64,000 bases of DNA from Gammaproteobacteria bacterium. GTDB lineage: Bacteria > Pseudomonadota > Gammaproteobacteria > GCA-001735895. How positions within the stretch are numbered: the first letter of the stretch is position 1; the number at the start of each line of letters is the position of its first letter. Location of the stretch: positions 401-64,400 of the forward strand of contig JALSKD010000177.1 of NCBI GenBank assembly GCA_026989015.1, in the 5' to 3' direction. Shown in pieces: positions 58,651 to 64,000 of this stretch. The notes below the pieces were generated by a model. That model worked only from the letters and a program-made list of their open reading frames with translations. It made no database searches and was not told where the DNA came from. A program made the translations under genes and the position numbers.

Positions 58651-60012
58651 TCAGGCGTAGAACATGTCGCGGTAGAGTCCCTCGGCCCAGGCCAGCCCGG
58701 CCTGACCGGCGGTGGCGTTCCATTTCTCCATCAGGTGGACTCGGTCGAACTCGAAGGTTTTCTCGTTTTCATCGTAGCTGTAGAAGGCAATGATGCTCAT
58801 CGATTCCAGCGGGTCGATGCGCACGCCGGAGAAGCACATGGTCTGCGGGCTGCGCCAGGGAATTTCCTTGCCCTGGGCATGGGCAGCGATGACCTCGGCC
58901 ACATACCGCGCCTCGGAATGGGCGGTGTTTCCGCTCTTGGAGAAGGGCTGGGAGCGTGAGTCTCCAGTCACATAGACCCGCTCATCGTCGAGGAGATTGT
59001 ATTTGAACGGATCGATGGCGGCCTCGAACTGGGCGCTGGCCGGGTCGGCAAGGCCGAATTCCTCGATGATGCGGGCGGCGCGCACCGGCGGGTAGATCAC
59101 CGCATCGTCGAAGGCATAGCTGTCGAAATCGGTCTCCACGGCCTTGTTCTCGATGTCCACCGCGCTGATCTCGGCGCTGGGTTCATACTGGATGATGTCC
59201 CCGTAATACTGCTCGAACGCCTTCTTGAAGCCATCGGTCTTGATGCGGATGTCGGGGTTCATGTCGAGCAGCAACACCTTGCCCTGGATGCCGCGTTTCT
59301 TCATGATCGCCGCCGCCATGCAGGCCCGTTCATAGGGCGCGGCCATGCAGCGGTAGTTGCCGGCCGGTACCGTCAGCAGCAGAGTGCCGCCCCCGAAATC
59401 CTGCAACTTGTGCTTGATCGCCATGATCTCCGAAGCGCTGTTGAATCCGGCCGGATAGTGCATCCGTAGCCGGTACGCGTCGTCCGGGTCCTCGACGCCG
59501 ATGCGGCTGTAGTCGTAGTCGATGCCGGGAGCCAGTACCAGATAGTCGTAGGCGATCAGCCCGAGGGTGGTCGCCAGCATCCGACGGTCGCGGTCGAGAC
59601 CGATGGCGGTGGCGTTGAGGAACAGGTAGTCGTTGTTGCGCGCGGCATCGACATAGCTGTGGGTCAGAAACTCCAGATCGACCTGATCCGCCATCCAGAC
59701 ATTGCTGATCGGGCAGGACACGAACTGGTCCTTGCGGTCCAGCAGCAGTACATCGAAAGCCGGATTGAAGCGCTTGAGGTACTTGGCCAGGGTGAGGCCG
59801 GACCAGCCACCACCCACCACCACCACCCGCGGCCCCTTGGCCTTCGGCAGATCCGCCGGGCGGGACAGGTGACCGAGTATCGTGGGCTTAGCGGGTTGCT
59901 GTCGGGCTTCGGGAGCGGCAGCAGCCGGTGTCGCCGCGCCGCCGGCGGCCAGCGCGGCCGACGCCTGCAGAAAACGGCGGCGATCGAATCGGGGTGTATC
60001 CTTCTTGCTCAT
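58651..60012 (-). CDS. fccB: Flavocytochrome c sulfide dehydrogenase, FAD-binding subunit (FccB/SoxF-like) with Tat signal
   Basis: MSKKDTPRFDRRRFLQASAALAAGGAA (twin-arginine), then RVVVVGGGWSGLTLAKYL (FAD Rossmann). Paired with a dihaem cytochrome gene upstream. The track ORF extends upstream to 60096. Confidence 0.8.
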   Translation of the reverse strand: MSKKDTPRFDRRRFLQASAALAAGGAATPAAAAPEARQQPAKPTILGHLSRPADLPKAKGPRVVVVGGGWSGLTLAKYLKRFNPAFDVLLLDRKDQFVSCPISNVWMADQVDLEFLTHSYVDAARNNDYLFLNATAIGLDRDRRMLATTLGLIAYDYLVLAPGIDYDYSRIGVEDPDDAYRLRMHYPAGFNSASEIMAIKHKLQDFGGGTLLLTVPAGNYRCMAAPYERACMAAAIMKKRGIQGKVLLLDMNPDIRIKTDGFKKAFEQYYGDIIQYEPSAEISAVDIENKAVETDFDSYAFDDAVIYPPVRAARIIEEFGLADPASAQFEAAIDPFKYNLLDDERVYVTGDSRSQPFSKSGNTAHSEARYVAEVIAAHAQGKEIPWRSPQTMCFSGVRIDPLESMSIIAFYSYDENEKTFEFDRVHLMEKWNATAGQAGLAWAEGLYRDMFYA

Positions 60013-60022
60013 GCGCCTGTCC

Positions 60023-60712
60023 TCAGTTGAAATCGGTGTTGCGCCAGTCCAGCGACGGAGCCAGCTTGTCTTTCGGCACCGGCAGCCAGGACACATAGTT
60101 GATGACCTTCTTCAACTGCTCCTCGTCAAGGCGCCCAAGAATCGCGGTCATCACCGGATTGACCTTGCGCAGGCCACTGCGGATCAGCCCGACCTGGCGG
60201 ATCAGGTAGGGGTAATGCTGGCCCCGAAGCATCGGAATCGCCGCCTCGTTGTTGCCCTCGCCGAGCTTGCCATGGCACTGCGCGCAATTGGCCTGGTAGA
60301 GTGTTTCGCCCTCGCGGTATTCCTCGCGGTGATCGCGCCACGGGCCCTTCTGGTGACGCGGATGCATCGGCAGGCGGGAGATGTAGGAGACCAGATCGAC
60401 CAGCGGTTGGTAGCCCTTGCCCAGCGTGCGCTCCTGGACGAAGGGGTACATCGCCGGGTTGTCGCGTTCACCGCTGCGGATGCGCATCAGCTGGTCGAAC
60501 AAGACCTGGCGGTGCTGACCGGCAATCTGCGGGTAGGCGCCGTCGGTGCTGCCCCAGCCTTCCGGCAGGTGGCAGGAGGCACAGATGGCGTACAGACGCT
60601 GTCCGTTGCGCAGATCCGGCTCCAGGGTCAGCTTGATGGTCATCGGGTCCGCCGCCGAGGCCAGCAACGGCAACACCGCCAGCGCCAGAGGCAGGAATCG
60701 GAAAGGCTTCAT
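60023..60712 (-). CDS. fccA: Dihaem cytochrome c subunit of flavocytochrome c (FccA-like)
   Basis: Signal peptide plus two CxxCH motifs (CASCH, CAQCH). Confidence 0.8.
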   Translation of the reverse strand: MKPFRFLPLALAVLPLLASAADPMTIKLTLEPDLRNGQRLYAICASCHLPEGWGSTDGAYPQIAGQHRQVLFDQLMRIRSGERDNPAMYPFVQERTLGKGYQPLVDLVSYISRLPMHPRHQKGPWRDHREEYREGETLYQANCAQCHGKLGEGNNEAAIPMLRGQHYPYLIRQVGLIRSGLRKVNPVMTAILGRLDEEQLKKVINYVSWLPVPKDKLAPSLDWRNTDFN

Positions 60713-61205
60713 GTGTTCATCCTTCAAAAGTTGGGGCATCGTCAACCGATACTAGAACATCCGGGCGGTCTTGCGCATAACATGGATCAATTCACCCTGT
60801 CCGGTGACTGACGCGCCCGGGCCGCGGTTTCTTCCCTGTTTCACCTCCATGTAGCGGTCACATGGACAAAAGGGGGGCATGAAATACACTCCACAGGTCA
60901 TGAAATGGCCCCGCGGCCGGACCTCCGGCAATACTTTTTCGACAGGCTTCCGTGTTTGCGGGCTCACCATCAGGAAAAAACCTCCAAACCCTGCCACAGA
61001 CCGGATTCTGCGGGCGGTTCAACACAGCCCTTGCGGGACCAGCGCCGATGCGGCCGCCGGTTCATGCAGCGAGAAGCCGGTGCCTGTGGTCATTGTTCCA
61101 CCAGGTTCCCGCTACCCGGCCAGAAAAGGCATAAAGCCCCCCCTCCCTGCCGGTGTGCCGATCATGGATGGTGCCACAGGAGCAGCTGCCCGTTGCATCC
61201 GGGCA

Positions 61206-61238
61206 CAAAAAAGCCCCGCATTCTTGCGAATGCGGGGC
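61206..61238 (-). terminator. Intrinsic terminator after groEL
   Basis: On the minus strand, the GCCCCGCATTC-gcaa-GAATGCGGGGC hairpin is followed by TTTTTT. Confidence 0.8.
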
Positions 61239-61259
61239 CGGAGCCTGGGCTGAGGCGGT

Positions 61260-62921
<1,662 letters not shown>

Positions 62922-62925
62922 TCAG

Positions 62926-63213
62926 TTACTCAACAACAGCCAGGATGTCGTCTTCACGCATGATCAGCAGGTCTTCCCCGTCCACCTTGACCTCGGTGCC
63001 GGAGTATTTGCCGAACAACACCTTGTCGCCGACCTTGACATCCAGCGGCAGGACATCGCCGGACTCGGTGATCTTGCCGTTGCCTGCGGCAACCACTTCA
63101 CCGGTGCTCGGCTTTTCGGCGGCCGAATCGGGAATGACGATACCACCCGGGGTGGTGCGCTCTTCTTCCATGCGCCTGACGACTACGCGGTCATGCAAGG
63201 GACGAATACTCAT
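62926..63213 (-). CDS. groES: Co-chaperonin GroES
   Basis: [35 protein letters not shown]…. Confidence 0.98.
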   Translation of the reverse strand: MSIRPLHDRVVVRRMEEERTTPGGIVIPDSAAEKPSTGEVVAAGNGKITESGDVLPLDVKVGDKVLFGKYSGTEVKVDGEDLLIMREDDILAVVE

Positions 63214-63287
63214 GTTGATTAACTCTCCTGATTAGGGTTGATGATTGCCGGACCGGCCGCCACGACACGCGGCAACCGGCCTGATGT

Positions 63288-63314
63288 TTAGCACTCTGTG
63301 TTAGCGAGTGCCAA
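63288..63314. promoter_or_regulatory. CIRCE (HrcA operator) element TTAGCACTC-N9-GAGTGCCAA
   Basis: 9-N9-9 inverted repeat with one mismatch to the consensus, located in the groES 5' UTR. Confidence 0.7.
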
Positions 63315-63373
63315 TCATAGTCAGCAGTGACACTTCGTCAAGCCATATTGGGCGGCTCGACGGGATTTCAAGG
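63314..63373 (-). promoter_or_regulatory. Tandem groESL promoters: sigma-70 (TTGACG-N16-TATGAT) and sigma-32 (CTTGAAA-N14-CCCAATAT)
   Basis: On the minus strand: CCCCTTGAAAtcccgtcgagccgCCCAATATggcTTGACGaagtgtcactgctgacTATGATtggcactc…. Confidence 0.6.
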
Positions 63374-63388
63374 GGTCGGGGCAAAAAA

Positions 63389-63847
63389 TCAGCGATCGTC
63401 CTTTTCGACCCGGTACTTCACATCCTCGATCAGGTCACCATCGTGGCCCTGTTGCTCGCGGTGGTACTGCCCCTGGACGGTGAAGCGGCCCGAAGCCATC
63501 AGTCGCTCGCGAAACAGACCGATGAGCCAGCGGCGAAAGGCAGGCACCAGCAGCAGAAAGCCCAGGGCATCGGTCACGAAGCCCGGCGTCAGAAGAAAGG
63601 CGCCGGCTACCACCAGGCCGATGCCCTCGGCCATTTCCTCGGCCGGCAACTGGCCGCCCTGCATCCGCTGCTGGGCCCGCATCAGCGTGGACAGCCCTTG
63701 CAGGCGCAGCAGTTGCACGCCGATGACCGCGGTCAGCACAACGAACAGAACCGTCCACAGCGCACCGATCACCTGGCCGACCTGAATCAGCACATAGATC
63801 TCGACGACGGGAACGATCAGGAAAATCAGGGCCAGTACTGGAAACAT
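63389..63847 (-). CDS. fxsA: FxsA-family cytoplasmic membrane protein
   Basis: MFPVLALIFLIVPVVEIYVLIQVGQVIGALWTVLFVVLTAVIGVQLLRLQG… is the FxsA N-terminus. Its position upstream of groES matches E. coli. Confidence 0.8.
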   Translation of the reverse strand: MFPVLALIFLIVPVVEIYVLIQVGQVIGALWTVLFVVLTAVIGVQLLRLQGLSTLMRAQQRMQGGQLPAEEMAEGIGLVVAGAFLLTPGFVTDALGFLLLVPAFRRWLIGLFRERLMASGRFTVQGQYHREQQGHDGDLIEDVKYRVEKDDR

Positions 63848-64000
63848 GGGTACCTCGGGTCTAGAATGCGCGGCTCTGGCAGAGTCTCTATGGAACGACT
63901 ATCCTGACAGTTCGTTCACTTTGCAAGCCGATAACGATAATAAAATGCCCCAGATCGACAGCCACGACGCCCCCGCCCGCCCCCTACTGATGCTCACCAC

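Noticed and set aside
60752-60997. 81-aa minus-strand ORF (MAGFGGFF…) in the fccA upstream spacer, and the plus-strand ORFs at 60879-61537.
   Set aside because: Third-position GC of about 60-65% and many rare codons (TTT, GGT, AAA, GTA, AGA), unlike genuine genes in this genome. No ribosome-binding site. More likely a noncoding regulatory region.
63944-64000. Possible start of a plus-strand gene (ATGCCCCAGATCGACAGCCACGAC…) at the window end.
   Set aside because: Only 19 codons are visible. There is no ribosome-binding site or homology evidence. It cannot be supported from this window.

Overview
This is a 64-kb chromosomal segment, about 65% GC, from what looks like a sulfur-oxidising gammaproteobacterium; that guess rests on the flavocytochrome c genes fccAB, the rpoE-rseABC-lepA-lepB-rnc-era-recO-pdxJ-acpS gene order and a DsrL/GltD-like gene. 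Most of the window is core housekeeping. The plus-strand genes include tRNA-Leu, the livHMGF-livK branched-chain amino acid transporter, tRNA-Arg, a TonB receptor with a hybrid kinase, nadB, yjbQ, adk, glnE and ilvE. The minus-strand genes include putA, a lysine dehydrogenase/amaB operon with a divergent lrp, glnK-amtB, rlmD, cysM, the acpS-pdxJ-recO-era-rnc-lepB-lepA run, mucD, rseCBA-rpoE, an EAL/HD-GYP pair, fbpABC, fccAB, groESL with CIRCE plus a sigma-32 promoter, and fxsA. The most unusual region lies just downstream of tRNA-Leu, at 775-5439: a tightly packed, translationally coupled operon. It encodes an MlaC-family periplasmic lipid-binding protein, a MotA/TolQ/ExbB-family proton-channel protein and a MotB-like membrane anchor. 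That MotB-like protein carries the conserved pore Asp but has a coiled-coil of about 190 residues and a non-OmpA C-terminal domain where MotB has its peptidoglycan-binding domain. DUF523, DUF2238, GNAT and DUF2231 genes follow. I consider this a candidate for an undescribed PMF-driven, periplasm-spanning 5:2-stator-like envelope system, possibly a lipid-trafficking or defence module. Other points worth a second look are a stand-alone DsrL-like GltD-ferredoxin fusion, a perfect 17-bp palindrome upstream of glnK, a YafY/WYL regulator with candidate operators, a TonB-receptor/PF04392/hybrid-kinase triad, and dual sigma-32/sigma-70/CIRCE control of groESL. The many long antisense ORFs in the six-frame track are high-GC artefacts. 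All coordinates may be off by about 1 nt, because the track and my manual counting disagree by 1 in places.
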